Assembly (NCBI GenBank): GCA_963770035.1
Contig: CAVYON010000028.1
Location: forward strand, 2,458 to 66,457
DNA from: an uncultured Alphaproteobacteria bacterium
GTDB taxonomy: Bacteria; Pseudomonadota; Alphaproteobacteria; Rhizobiales; Beijerinckiaceae
Reading direction: 5' to 3'
DNA length: 64,000 nt
Position numbers and translations under genes: made by a program. The notes beneath the pieces are model-generated. The model worked only from the letters and a program-made list of their open reading frames with translations, was not told where the DNA came from and searched no databases. Positions 39,828-50,064 of this stretch are shown piece after piece (position 1 is the first letter of the stretch; each line of letters begins with the position of its first letter).

Positions 39828-41840
39828 CCCGACTTTCTCAACCGAGGTAGCGCGCGAGCGGAAAGGCGCGTGGAATTAAGGGTAGGCTGCCGAAGGTCTC
39901 CACTACATGGGGCGCAACGGGAGCTGCGCCGCCGGACCGGGAACGGCGATTTGCGGCGGCGGCTGCGGCGGCAGGGCGAGGCCGAGTTGTTGCAGGAGAA
40001 GCTTCTGGTCGACATTCGGCTCGGTGTGTCGGCACATGATCAGCGTTCGGCCGTCGGTGGTGGGGAAGTGGACGTCGAGCATTTGTATGCCGGCGAGCTT
40101 GTCGAGCACGGCGCGCGGGGTGAGGCCGGCGGCCATCGGCCGGAGCCGGGCGCGCAGCGTGACGTGCAGGCAATAGGCGAGGAAGGCCACGAAGATGTGC
40201 GCCTCGACGCGGCTCTCGAGCTGGTGGTAGATCGGCCGGAGTTGCAGATCGTCCTTGAGGTTCTTGAAGGCCGCCTCGACTTCGACGAGTTGAATGTAGA
40301 ACCGCCACAGGTCGGCGGGATCGCGCCCAGACATGTTGGTGCGCAAAAGGTAGCGGCCTTCGCGCCGGCGCGCCTGGCGCAGCTTCTTGCGGTTGAGCGC
40401 GTAAGTGAAGGCGGCGGTGTGGGGATCGACCTTGATGTCGAGGAGGCGCCACGCCGCGGGCGCCTTGGCTTTGGCGGCGCCGAGCTTCATCAGTAGGCTC
40501 TCGCGGGTGAGGTCCATCAGCGCCAGCTTCGCCAGGCGCGCCCACAGCCATTTCAACCGCCGCTTCCGCATGGCGCGCTCCTTGTCGATGCGCGCCCGGC
40601 TCTGGGCGAACACGTAAAGCTCGTCGTCCTCGGCCAAGAGCTTCACTTCGACGCCCGGCCGCACCTCATGCCACGGCAGGCCGACGAGAGACTTCTCCAG
40701 CTTGCCGAGGCGTCCCTTCGGGGTCCCCACCAGATAGGCGACCGGCGGATCGGATTGCCGCATTTCGGCGAGCACGTCCTCGGTGGGGATGCCGCGGTCC
40801 ATCACCCAGATGCGCTCCGCCTTGCCGTACTGCGCCTCGATCTTCGAAAGGAAGGCGCGCAGCGTCGTCTTGTCGGAAGTATTGCCGGGGAGAACCTCGT
40901 AGGCGAGCGGAAAGCCGTCGGGTGTCACCACGAGCGCAATGACCACCTGCACGCAGTCCGGACGCTTGTCGCGGCTGTAGCCGTAGCGGCGTTTGTCGCT
41001 GTCGTCGTCCGGCGGGTCGGATTCGAAGTACGTGCTGGTCAGATCATAGAGAAGGACGTCGAAGCGGGCGCCGAACAGATCCTGCCACCGCCGGCGCAGG
41101 TGCGTGAACAGCGCCGGCTTGTGCTCGACGAGCTTGTCGAGGCAACGATAGAGCGCGTTCTTCTCGACCAGCGCGAAATCTTCGCCGAGCAGATCGCCCA
41201 TGGCGCTTTGCTCGAACCACAGCCGGTGTAAACGCCATTCGCTGCCCGGATCGATGAGCCGGTAACACGCCAGCGTCTGGAGAATGTGCCGCCAGCAGGT
41301 TCCTTCGCGGGAATTGGGCAGACGGGCCGCCCAGAAGCGGTCGAGTTCCAGTTGCTCGTAGAGCTGGCAGGCGAGCCAGCACGCGCCCCATTGCCGCGGC
41401 CGGTGTAGTTGCATGGCCCCGAGCCGGATCTGCACGCCGTGGTCCTCGGCGTGTTCGGGCAGCGGCCGATCGGCGGGGAACAGGGCCAATTGGGTCGGCT
41501 GTCGCGCCTCCTCGTCGAAAGCTTCGATCACCCGGCACCACGCCTCCTCCTGGCTGTCGTTGATCTCGCCAAGATAAAGCACCTGGCGCTGCACCACCTT
41601 GCCGCCGGCGCAGCGCTTGCTCTCGACAATGCTCCAGTAGCAGTGCTCCTTGCCGTCCTTGAGACGGCGATTCGGTCGCAAATACATGGCGACCCCAGTC
41701 TACGCCAAACGCGCAATCTGAAAAGATACTAGGTCTCCACTACACGGCTATTTCAAAACCCGGCCATTGATCCGACTCGTCTTTTGCTCCTTCCCAGCCC
41801 CAAAATTCGTTCCCAGCCTGCTCCGGTTGAGAAAGTCGGG
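39828..41840 (-). mobile_element. IS1634-family insertion sequence, complete (~2.0 kb)
   Basis: 17-bp terminal inverted repeats cccgactttctcaaccg / cggttgagaaagtcggg, each flanked by TTAA. Confidence 0.9.
39903..41687 (-). CDS. IS1634-family DDE transposase
   Basis: LLYDLTSTYFE, GYSRDKRPDC.QV, VMDRG, VEAAFKNLK, RPIYH..RVEAHIFVAFLAY. Confidence 0.92.
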   Translation of the reverse strand: MYLRPNRRLKDGKEHCYWSIVESKRCAGGKVVQRQVLYLGEINDSQEEAWCRVIEAFDEEARQPTQLALFPADRPLPEHAEDHGVQIRLGAMQLHRPRQWGACWLACQLYEQLELDRFWAARLPNSREGTCWRHILQTLACYRLIDPGSEWRLHRLWFEQSAMGDLLGEDFALVEKNALYRCLDKLVEHKPALFTHLRRRWQDLFGARFDVLLYDLTSTYFESDPPDDDSDKRRYGYSRDKRPDCVQVVIALVVTPDGFPLAYEVLPGNTSDKTTLRAFLSKIEAQYGKAERIWVMDRGIPTEDVLAEMRQSDPPVAYLVGTPKGRLGKLEKSLVGLPWHEVRPGVEVKLLAEDDELYVFAQSRARIDKERAMRKRRLKWLWARLAKLALMDLTRESLLMKLGAAKAKAPAAWRLLDIKVDPHTAAFTYALNRKKLRQARRREGRYLLRTNMSGRDPADLWRFYIQLVEVEAAFKNLKDDLQLRPIYHQLESRVEAHIFVAFLAYCLHVTLRARLRPMAAGLTPRAVLDKLAGIQMLDVHFPTTDGRTLIMCRHTEPNVDQKLLLQQLGLALPPQPPPQIAVPGPAAQLPLRPM

Positions 41841-42168
41841 TTAAGTTTGAGCGCTTGGCGCGGGCGAGCCGTGCGCTTCCCGGGCGTCCTCGAGGCTGAT
41901 GGCGCCGGAGCGTCATAAGCGGCCGGCATCGACGAAGGCGTGCGCCCTCACGAAGGCAGGCCTCGCCGGATCGGTTGAAGAAATCGGCCTGCCCAGTGAC
42001 CGATTGGGCGCCGCCCAATTCTGTGACGGCGTCCAAGCCGACCGAGGCCGACGATGCCCGTCGGCAACCGCGTCAGACATTGGGGAGCTGTTCTCGCAAA
42101 ATTGTAAGCCCTCGCCCTGAGGAGCCCGCGAAGCGGGAATCTCATGACGAGGTCGCGGAAGAGGAGCC

Positions 42169-42991
42169 TCAGCTCGCCTTTGCCGGCGCGCCGACCCCGG
42201 TGAACAGCCACTCGTGCTGTGGTTCGTTGTGGAACTTCCAGATCCGCTTCGGCCCAGCCATCACGTTCAGATAGTAGCTGTCGTAGCCGTGCAGGGTGGC
42301 GACCGGATGATAGCCCTTCGGCACCATCACCACGTCGCCGTCTTCGATCAGCACCGACTTCGTCGAGCGTACGGTCGTCGGTATAGACGCGCTGGAAACC
42401 AAAGCCCTGCGGCGGGTTGAAGCGGTGGTAGTAGGTCTCCTCGAGATAGCTTTCGTCCGGCAGGGCGTCCCGGTCGTGCTTGTGCGGCGGATAGGACGAG
42501 GTGTTGCCTCCCGGCGTGATCACCTCGACCACCAGCAACGCGTCGGCCGAACCGTCGTCCTCCGGCATAATGTTGGTGACGTGGCGGGTGTTGGAGCCCT
42601 TTCCGCGCACGATCTGCGGATGCGCGCCCGGCGGGATCAGCTTGGCCGGATGCGCGCCCTTGCCCGGAGCCGAGCAGACGGCGAGTTCGAGCGGCGTCAC
42701 CGCGGTTACCGTGTACCGGCCGCCAGCCGGGATGTAGGCCGCCCACGGCGGCCCCTCGAACGGGCTCATGCGCTCGCCGATTTCCCCGAAATCCTTGCCG
42801 TCGATCGCAAGCCTCGCCCTGCCCGAGACCCACACCAGGCAGACCTCGCGCTTGTCCGTCTCCGCCGCGAGGCTCTGACCCGGCTCCAGCCGGTGCAGGG
42901 CGAACCCCACGTAACCCCAGCCGGCGCTTGCCGGGGTCACCTCGGTGACGAGGCCGCGGTCTTGCCTCGGCTTTACGCGCAGTTCCGACAT
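42169..42991 (-). CDS. iolB: 5-deoxy-glucuronate isomerase (apparent +1 frameshift at about 42358)
   Basis: VTPASAGWGYVGF, SSYPPHKHD, LEETYYH; GDVVMVPKGYHPV..YYLNVMAGPKR.W in the second frame. Confidence 0.92.
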
Positions 42992-43013
42992 CGCCGTCTC
43001 CTCCGACTTCGGT

Positions 43014-44876
43014 TCAGTTGAACACCCGCTGATCACGACGGGCGACTTCGTATTTCTCGCGAGCGGCCCCAACCTCGGCGCGGGCTGAGACTTGCGGGAC
43101 GGCCACATCCCACCAGTGCCCGCCAGCCTCGGTGACGACCAGCGGATGGGTCTCGATCACGACGACGGTCGTCTTGTCGTTGGCCCTGGCCGCTTCCAGC
43201 GCGGACTTGAGTTCGCCGATCGCCGAGACTTTTGTGGCGATCGCGCCCATGCTCTCGGCGTGCCTGGCGAAGTCGATGTCCGGCTGCGCCACCATGGCGC
43301 AGTCCTTCCAGAGATTGTTGAAGTTGGCCCCCCCGGTTTCCATCTGCAGGCGGTTGATGCAGCCAAAGCCATGGTTGTCGAGCACGACGATGACGAGCTT
43401 CAACCCAAGACTGACCGAGGTCGCGATCTCCGAGTTCATCATCATGTAGGATCCGTCGCCGACCATGACGACGACCTCCTGGTCGGGCCGGGCCATCTTG
43501 ACCCCCATGCCGCCGGCGATCTCGTAGCCCATGCAGGAGAAGCCGTACTCCATGTGATAGGCGCCCGGCGCGGTCGGAACCCAAAGCTTGTGCAATTCGC
43601 CCGGCAGCCCGCCGGCGGCGTTGACCAGGATGGTGTTGTCGACGCCGAGCGCGCGGGCGACCGCGCCTATCACCTGCGCGTCCGAAGGCAGTTCGGCGTT
43701 GGTCGAGGCGAGCGCCCGGCCTGCCGCTTCGAGCCAGGTCGCCTTTTCCTTGGCGGCGCGCTCGGCCATCCCTTTATCGGCTTTCCAGCCGCGTAGCGCC
43801 TCGGAAAGCTCCGTCAGTCCGGCTTTGGCGTCCGAAATGAGCGGCAGCGCTTGATGCTTGGCAGTGTCGTAGGGGGCGACGTTGAGTGCGAGGATCTTGA
43901 GGTCGGCCGATTTGAACAGCGCCCAAGAACCGGTGGTGAAGTCCTGCAGGCGCGTCCCGACCGCGATCAGGAGATCGGCGTCGGCGGCGAGCGCGTTGGC
44001 GGCCGAGGTTCCAGTCACGCCGACGGCGCCGAGGGCCAGCGGGTGGGTCTCGTCGATCGCCGACTTGCCGGCCTGGCTGACCGCGACCGGAACTTTGTGC
44101 GTCTCGGCAAAGGCCGTCAGCTCTGCGGAAGCTTCTGAGTAGAGCACGCCGCCGCCCGCGATGATCATCGGCCGCTTGGCCGCCTTGATCGCGGCGACGG
44201 CCGCCGCCAGCTCGTTTACGTCCGGACGAATTCGGCGCGGCGTCCACACTCTTTCGGCGAACAGGCTTTCCGGCCAGTCGTAAGCCTCGGTCTGCACGTC
44301 CTGGCACATCGCCAGCGTCACCGGGCCGCACTCGGCTGGATCGGTGAGCACGCTCATCGCGCGCTGCAGAGCCGGGATCAACTGCTCCGGCCGCTGGATC
44401 CGATCGAAGTAACGCGACAAGGGGCGGAAGCAGTCATTGGCCGAGACGGTCCCGTCGCCAAAATTCTCGATCTGCTGCAGCACCGGATCGGGCAGGCGGT
44501 TGGCGAACACGTCCCCGGGCAGCAGCAGAAGCGGCAGGCGGTCGACATGCGCCACCGCCGCAGCGGTCACCATGTTGAGGGCGCCGGGGCCGATCGAGGT
44601 GGTGCAGGCCATGAAGCGGCGGCGGAACATCGCCTTGGCGTAAGCGGTCGCCGCCAGCGCCATGCCTTGCTCGTTGTGGGCGCGGTAAGTCGGAAAGCCG
44701 TCGCGCGCCTGATAGAGCGCCTCGCCGATACCCGCCACGTTGCCGTGGCCGAAGATCGCCCAGCATCCCGCGACGATCGGCAGCGTCTCGCCGTCGATCA
44801 CCGTCATCTGCTTCGTCAGAAACCGCACCAGTGCTTGCGCGACCGTGAGGCGAACCGTTTTGCCAATCATCGTCAT
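43014..44876 (-). CDS. iolD: 3D-(3,5/4)-trihydroxycyclohexane-1,2-dione acylhydrolase
   Basis: IFGHGNVAG.GEAL, TSIGPGA.NMVTAA, YHMEYGFSCMGYEIAGG, GDGSYMM ThDP motif. Confidence 0.95.
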   Translation of the reverse strand: MTMIGKTVRLTVAQALVRFLTKQMTVIDGETLPIVAGCWAIFGHGNVAGIGEALYQARDGFPTYRAHNEQGMALAATAYAKAMFRRRFMACTTSIGPGALNMVTAAAVAHVDRLPLLLLPGDVFANRLPDPVLQQIENFGDGTVSANDCFRPLSRYFDRIQRPEQLIPALQRAMSVLTDPAECGPVTLAMCQDVQTEAYDWPESLFAERVWTPRRIRPDVNELAAAVAAIKAAKRPMIIAGGGVLYSEASAELTAFAETHKVPVAVSQAGKSAIDETHPLALGAVGVTGTSAANALAADADLLIAVGTRLQDFTTGSWALFKSADLKILALNVAPYDTAKHQALPLISDAKAGLTELSEALRGWKADKGMAERAAKEKATWLEAAGRALASTNAELPSDAQVIGAVARALGVDNTILVNAAGGLPGELHKLWVPTAPGAYHMEYGFSCMGYEIAGGMGVKMARPDQEVVVMVGDGSYMMMNSEIATSVSLGLKLVIVVLDNHGFGCINRLQMETGGANFNNLWKDCAMVAQPDIDFARHAESMGAIATKVSAIGELKSALEAARANDKTTVVVIETHPLVVTEAGGHWWDVAVPQVSARAEVGAAREKYEVARRDQRVFN

Positions 44877-44926
44877 TCCCTCCCGACGCCCTTTATGTTT
44901 CGGCCGTCGAATGTGTTCCCCGTGGC

Positions 44927-46840
44927 CTATTGACCAGGCCGGCCGCTGCTTTTCGACAGCCAGAGGTCAACCAGTGCCGCGAACTTTGCCGCCATCTCGT
45001 CGACCGCCTGGTCGTCGCCGATCCTGCCGTTGAGCCAGCGCCCGGCCGTCTCGGCGAATATCGTTCTCCCAACCGCGAAGCCGCGGACCGATCTGGAAGT
45101 CCGCGCGACGGCGAAGCTCTGGGTCAGCGCCTCGATGGGCGCCTCGAGGCCGAGCAGCACGACGCCGCGGCAGTACGGATCGCGCGCGCCGATGACATTG
45201 TCGATCGCCCGCCAGGCCGCAGCCGAAGCTTGCGGTTCCAGTTTCCACCAATCGGGTCTCAGGCCCGCGTCATAAAGTTCGGCGAGCGCCCGCGCGATCG
45301 TGTCGTCGTCGAGCGGGCCGGACTTCGAGGCTATGATCTCGATCAGGATCTCGCGGCCGACCCCGCGCGCGGCGTCGAAAGCGGAGACAAGCTTCGCCGT
45401 CTGCTCGCGCTTGAGCGCCAGGTCATCGTCCGGATGGTAGAAGCACAGAACCTTGATGCAATGATCCACCGGCCACTCGGCCAGCCGGCTGCCGAGATCC
45501 TGGCTGAACTCGAACTGCAGAGGACGGGAACTGGGCAGTTCGATCGGCTTCGCCACCCAGAGGTCCTGTCCGGCGCCCGCGGCGAACAGCGCGTCGCGGC
45601 CATACTTGTCGTCGATCAGCATGCCGAAGCCGGGACGCCCGTCGGCGACGCGCCGCGCGGCGCGGACGGCCAGGACCTTGAAGGCGGGAATGCGCGCGAC
45701 CGCCGCCTCGTCCGAGGCAAGCTCCTCGAGCTGACTGCGATGATCGATGGCGAAAGCCATGAGGCGCGGATAGTCGCGACGCCGCGTCGTCGCCCAATGG
45801 ATGTGGTTGAGTTCGGCGTCCTTGCGCAGCGCGCGCTCGCGGCTGCCGTGATCGAGGAAGTGCTTGAGCTCCGGCCAGGTCGGATATTCCGTCGAGCAGA
45901 GCAGACGCGACACCGCGAACGCTCCGCAGGCGTTGGCCCAGGTCGCGCAGGTCGCGTGGTCCTCGCCCTTGAGCCAGCCACGCAGGAAGCCGGACATGAA
46001 GGCGTCGCCGGCCCCGAGCACGTTGAACACTTCGATCCGGAATCCCTGGCCGACGATTCCAGCTTCGAGATCGTCTGAGATGGGCCCGTCATAGACGATG
46101 CAGCCCTGCGCGCCGCGCTTGAGCACGACCGTCGCGCCGGAAATCGCCCGAATGCTCTTCAGCGCTTCGAGCACGCTGTCGGCGCCGCCGGCAACCATGA
46201 TCTCCTCTTCGGTGCCGACAATGAGGTCGCAATCTGGCAGGACGGTTTTCAGCCGCGCGGACACCGCCTCCGACTTCACATAGCGCGAGAACCCCGCATC
46301 GTGGCCGGCAAGTCCCCAGAGGTTCGGCCGATAGTCGACGTCGAAGACCACGCGCCCGCCGTGCGTCTTAGCGAGCGCGATCGCTTTCGCCTGCGCAGCG
46401 GCGGCTGCCGGCTTCGAGAAGTGGGTTCCCGTGACGACGATTGCGCGGGTGCGGGCGACGAAGGCCTCGTCGATGTCGCTTTCGTCAAGCGCCATGTCGG
46501 CGCAGTCGGAGCGATAGAAGGTGGTCGGTGAGACGCCCTCGCTCTGCACGGCGAGCAGCACCAGCGCCGACAAGCGATCCTTGTCGACGTGAACGCCGTC
46601 GGCGGCGACACCCTCGCGAACGAGTTGCTCGTGGATGAAGTTCCCCATCTGCTCGGCGCCCACCCGCGTGATCAGCGCGGACTTGAGCCCCAACCGCGCT
46701 GTGCCAATGGCGATGTTGGCCGGACAGCCGCCGACCGACTTGGCGAAGCTCCCGATGTCTTCGAGACGGCTGCCTATCTGCTGGCCGTAGAGGTCGACCG
46801 AAGAGCGGCCGATCGAGATTAGGTCTAGCGTCTTTTCCAT
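44927..46840 (-). CDS. iolC: 5-dehydro-2-deoxygluconokinase with a C-terminal aldolase-like (DUF2090) domain
   Basis: GRSSVDLYGQQIG, GGCPANIA, DYRPNLW, GAGDAFMSG, FAIDHR, PDWWKLEP, GFAVGRTIF. Confidence 0.95.
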   Translation of the reverse strand: MEKTLDLISIGRSSVDLYGQQIGSRLEDIGSFAKSVGGCPANIAIGTARLGLKSALITRVGAEQMGNFIHEQLVREGVAADGVHVDKDRLSALVLLAVQSEGVSPTTFYRSDCADMALDESDIDEAFVARTRAIVVTGTHFSKPAAAAAQAKAIALAKTHGGRVVFDVDYRPNLWGLAGHDAGFSRYVKSEAVSARLKTVLPDCDLIVGTEEEIMVAGGADSVLEALKSIRAISGATVVLKRGAQGCIVYDGPISDDLEAGIVGQGFRIEVFNVLGAGDAFMSGFLRGWLKGEDHATCATWANACGAFAVSRLLCSTEYPTWPELKHFLDHGSRERALRKDAELNHIHWATTRRRDYPRLMAFAIDHRSQLEELASDEAAVARIPAFKVLAVRAARRVADGRPGFGMLIDDKYGRDALFAAGAGQDLWVAKPIELPSSRPLQFEFSQDLGSRLAEWPVDHCIKVLCFYHPDDDLALKREQTAKLVSAFDAARGVGREILIEIIASKSGPLDDDTIARALAELYDAGLRPDWWKLEPQASAAAWRAIDNVIGARDPYCRGVVLLGLEAPIEALTQSFAVARTSRSVRGFAVGRTIFAETAGRWLNGRIGDDQAVDEMAAKFAALVDLWLSKSSGRPGQ

Positions 46841-46964
46841 GGTCTCGCGGCCGTCTCCTCTCACTTGCCGAACTCGCCGACGGCCGGACGGCGTCCTCCG
46901 TCCGGCTGCTCTCAAAAAGTGAGGACTGAACGGTGAAAGGCCCGCCGCCTGCTATCTCCGCCAG

Positions 46965-47960
46965 TCAATAGACGATCTCGACCTGCCGGCCTTCCTTCAG
47001 CGACTTCAAAGCGGCGTCCGCCATGATCAGCGCCTTGAGGCCGTCCTCGCCCGACGGGCTCATCGGACGATCAGCTTGGACAGCCGCAATGAACGCCGCG
47101 ATCTCGTTAGCGTAGGCCTGCGTATAGCGCGTCATGAAGAAGTTCAGGAGCGGGTCGCGGCGATAGCCGCTGGCGTCCGCCACCTCCACGGTGGTCTCGC
47201 GGACGTTCTCCGCCGACACCAGGCCCTTCGAACCGTGAACCTCGATACGCTGGTCGTAGCCATAGGTCGCCCGGCGCGAATTGGAAATCTGGGCGATCTT
47301 TCCGGACCTTGTGGTCAGCACGAGCGAGGCGCTGTCGACGTCGCCCGCGGCGCCGATCGCCCGATCGACGAGGTTCGAGGCGGCTGCGAACACGGTCACG
47401 GGATCCTCGCCCAAAAGGAACGCCGCCATGTCGAAATCATGGATCGTCATGTCGCGAAACAGGCCGCCCGAGCGCGCTATGTAGGTCACAGGCGGGGGGG
47501 CAGGATCGCGTGACGTGATCGACACCATCTCGACCTCGCCGATCGTCCCGCTGGCGATGCGGGCTTGTGCTTCGCGGAAGTTTGGATCGAAGCGGCGGTT
47601 GAAGCCGATCATCAGCGGCGCCTTTTCCGCCTGCACGACCTCAAGACAGCGGCGGACGCGTTCGACCGACAAATCAATCGGCTTTTCGCAGAAGATCGCC
47701 TTTCCCGCGCGGGCCGCCTGCTCGATCAAGTCGGCGTGCAGGTCCGTCGGCGTGGTGATCAGCACCGCGTCGACGTCCTTTGCCTTCATGATCGCATCGA
47801 CGTCACGGACATCGGCGCCGTAGCTCTTGGCGACTGCCGCGGCGGCGGCGGGAATGGCGTCGGCGACCGCCACAAGCTTTGCGCCGGACGAGGCGGCGAC
47901 AGCGCCGGCGTGAACCTTGCCGATGCGGCCAGCGCCCAGGAGCCCAAAATTCAGCGTCAT
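46965..47960 (-). CDS. iolG: Inositol 2-dehydrogenase (alphaproteobacterial IdhA type)
   Basis: GAGRIGKVH, IFCEKP, GFNRRFD, SGGLFRDMTIHDFD, YGYDQRIEVHGSKG. Confidence 0.92.
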   Translation of the reverse strand: MTLNFGLLGAGRIGKVHAGAVAASSGAKLVAVADAIPAAAAAVAKSYGADVRDVDAIMKAKDVDAVLITTPTDLHADLIEQAARAGKAIFCEKPIDLSVERVRRCLEVVQAEKAPLMIGFNRRFDPNFREAQARIASGTIGEVEMVSITSRDPAPPPVTYIARSGGLFRDMTIHDFDMAAFLLGEDPVTVFAAASNLVDRAIGAAGDVDSASLVLTTRSGKIAQISNSRRATYGYDQRIEVHGSKGLVSAENVRETTVEVADASGYRRDPLLNFFMTRYTQAYANEIAAFIAAVQADRPMSPSGEDGLKALIMADAALKSLKEGRQVEIVY

Positions 47961-48099
47961 CGTGTCAGTCTCCACCCTCCCCGTCGGCGCGCGGGCCCTT
48001 TAATCGAGCGAGCCGCCTCGGACGCTTCCGATCTACATACCTTCTCGACTTTTTGCGCTGGGCCCCGCGGGTTACCCGATGCCCAGCGATCTTTTCGTT

Positions 48100-48113
48100 G
48101 GAACTTATATTCC
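48100..48113. promoter_or_regulatory. Probable IolR operator
   Basis: GGAA-CTTATA-TTCC between divergent iolG and iolR, matching the GGAA-N6-TTCC consensus described for rhizobial IolR. Confidence 0.7.
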
Positions 48114-48217
48114 ATTTCTCGCGCTCGTCAACAGTTTCGTTTTGCAATCGGGAGGATATCAGCTAGGCTATTGTCCCACCCGCCTCTGCCTGAAGCCGGG
48201 ACTCAAAGAGAACGCCG

Positions 48218-49057
48218 ATGACGGAAGCGCCGACCGACATCCCACCACGAGCATTCAACGAACTGCGCGATCTGATCGTCGAAAAGCGCAACAAGCTACC
48301 GAAGAGGCTTGCGCAGGTCGCAGCCTACACGATCGAGTTTCCGGACGATATTGCGTTCGGAACCGTCGGCAGCATATCCGAGCGAGCCGCCGTACAACCG
48401 TCGACCCTGGTGCGTTTCGCAAAGGCGCTCGGCTACAGCGGCTTCAGCGAACTGCAGGCGGTGTTCCAGCAGCGCCTGCGCGACCGTCCGAACAACTATG
48501 AGGCGCGCCTCCAGGCGCTCGACGCGCATACCTCCGGCCGATCGCCGGCGATGGCGGTGATCGACGGGTTCAGTCTGGCGGCGATCCGTTCGGTCGAAAG
48601 GCTTAAGCAGCGGGTCAACCCCGCAGACTTGAACGAGGCGGCGCGGATTCTGGCCGCGGCCGACATCATTTATCTGATCGGCGTCCGGCGATCTTACCCA
48701 GTCACCGCCTATTTGAGCTATGCGTTTGGAACGCTTGGCGTCAGGACCGTACTCTCCGGATCGCCGGGTGGGGTCGACCGCGAGATTCTGTCCTTTGCCG
48801 GTCCCCACGACGCCGCGCTCTCGGTCAGTTTTACGCCCTATGCCCCGGCGACGGTCGAATACACGCGCCAGGTCGTCAGCCAAAACACCCCGCTCGTCGC
48901 AATTACCGACAGCCCTTTCAGTCCGCTGGCGTTGAACACCCGTGTCTGGTTCGAAATCGTCGAGAGCGACTTCGAGGGGTTCCGCACGCTCGCCGCCACG
49001 ATGACCCTGGCCGCGGCGCTCGCCGTCGCCGTCGCGGAGCAACGGCGACTCAGCTAG
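48218..49057 (+). CDS. iolR: RpiR/MurR-family regulator of inositol genes
   Basis: VQPSTLVRFAKALGYSGFSELQ HTH; SIS domain (RRSYPV, SFTPYA, AITDSPFSPL). Confidence 0.88.
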   Translation: MTEAPTDIPPRAFNELRDLIVEKRNKLPKRLAQVAAYTIEFPDDIAFGTVGSISERAAVQPSTLVRFAKALGYSGFSELQAVFQQRLRDRPNNYEARLQALDAHTSGRSPAMAVIDGFSLAAIRSVERLKQRVNPADLNEAARILAAADIIYLIGVRRSYPVTAYLSYAFGTLGVRTVLSGSPGGVDREILSFAGPHDAALSVSFTPYAPATVEYTRQVVSQNTPLVAITDSPFSPLALNTRVWFEIVESDFEGFRTLAATMTLAAALAVAVAEQRRLS

Positions 49058-49166
49058 AGACGGAACGCAAATTCCGATTAAGACCTGATATGGATCGAAT
49101 CTGCCGGCGAAACGCCTGTCGCCGTTCGATTCCTCGGAAAGGACGAAATTATCGGGTCGCGATGAC

Positions 49167-49991
49167 TCATGCCAGCGCTTCGCGCACATAGGCCATGCTG
49201 TTTCGAACTGCAGCGATCGGGTCGGGCAGGCCATGGACCTCTTTGGCAAAAGGCTCGAACGAGACAACGCCGTCGTAGCCATCAGCGTAGAGCCGGCGAA
49301 GCTGCTCCACGTTGCCGAGCCGGTCTTTCGGCCCGACGAGTACGCGATGTCCGTCAAGCATCTCGGTGAAGGTGATCGCGGGATCTTCGAGTCCGGAAAT
49401 GTGAACAAGACCGGTGCGCGAAGCGAACACGGGCTCCTCTCCCGCGCCGCGGTGATGGAACGTGTCGTGGACGAGCGAGAAGACCTCGGCCCCGCCGATG
49501 GCGTCGATGGCGGCGAGCGCCTGGCGCTTCATGCGCAGCGAAGAGACCGGGAACCCGAGCGGCTCGACGTAACCCTTGAGGCCATGAGAAACCAGGATCG
49601 GCCGGATTCCCGTCAACGCTGCGCGTAAAGACGCCGCCTTCTCCGACGTGTCCTCGAGCATCTTGCCTTCGTTGAGCGGGCACATCACCAGAGCCTTTGC
49701 GCCGGCGGCGGCGGCGAGCTTGGCGAGCGCCTCGGTCTGACGGGTTCTTTCGTCGTTCCAGACGTTGAACGGATAGAGCGCGTTCACGCTCGCGACTTCG
49801 AGCCCGGCCTCCTTCGCTTTCGCGCCGACCCGGCGGGCGGTTGCTTCATCCTTCAGACTGTTTTCGCCGACGTCGTTGCGCAACTCGATCGCGACCGCGC
49901 CGAGCTTGACGGCGGCGTCCGCCAGCTCGTCGGGCGTCAGCGCCGGATAAATCATGTGGTTGAAGCCGAACTTGATGTTGCGCGTGGTCAT
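49167..49991 (-). CDS. TIM-barrel sugar isomerase (IolI-like inosose isomerase candidate)
   Basis: AIELRND, NALYPFN, LVMCPLN, VEPLGF..SSLR, VHDTFHH, VHISG, SFEPF. Confidence 0.8.
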   Translation of the reverse strand: MTTRNIKFGFNHMIYPALTPDELADAAVKLGAVAIELRNDVGENSLKDEATARRVGAKAKEAGLEVASVNALYPFNVWNDERTRQTEALAKLAAAAGAKALVMCPLNEGKMLEDTSEKAASLRAALTGIRPILVSHGLKGYVEPLGFPVSSLRMKRQALAAIDAIGGAEVFSLVHDTFHHRGAGEEPVFASRTGLVHISGLEDPAITFTEMLDGHRVLVGPKDRLGNVEQLRRLYADGYDGVVSFEPFAKEVHGLPDPIAAVRNSMAYVREALA

Positions 49992-50064
49992 GGTCATGTC
50001 CTTGAATTGTGGAGCCGGTTCCGAGCCTCCAGGACTCGCAACCCCCAGCGCCTCGGAAAAGACT

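Noticed and set aside
41845-42168. Possible gene remnant between the IS1634 and iolB
   Set aside because: No convincing motif in any frame; I could not support a call.
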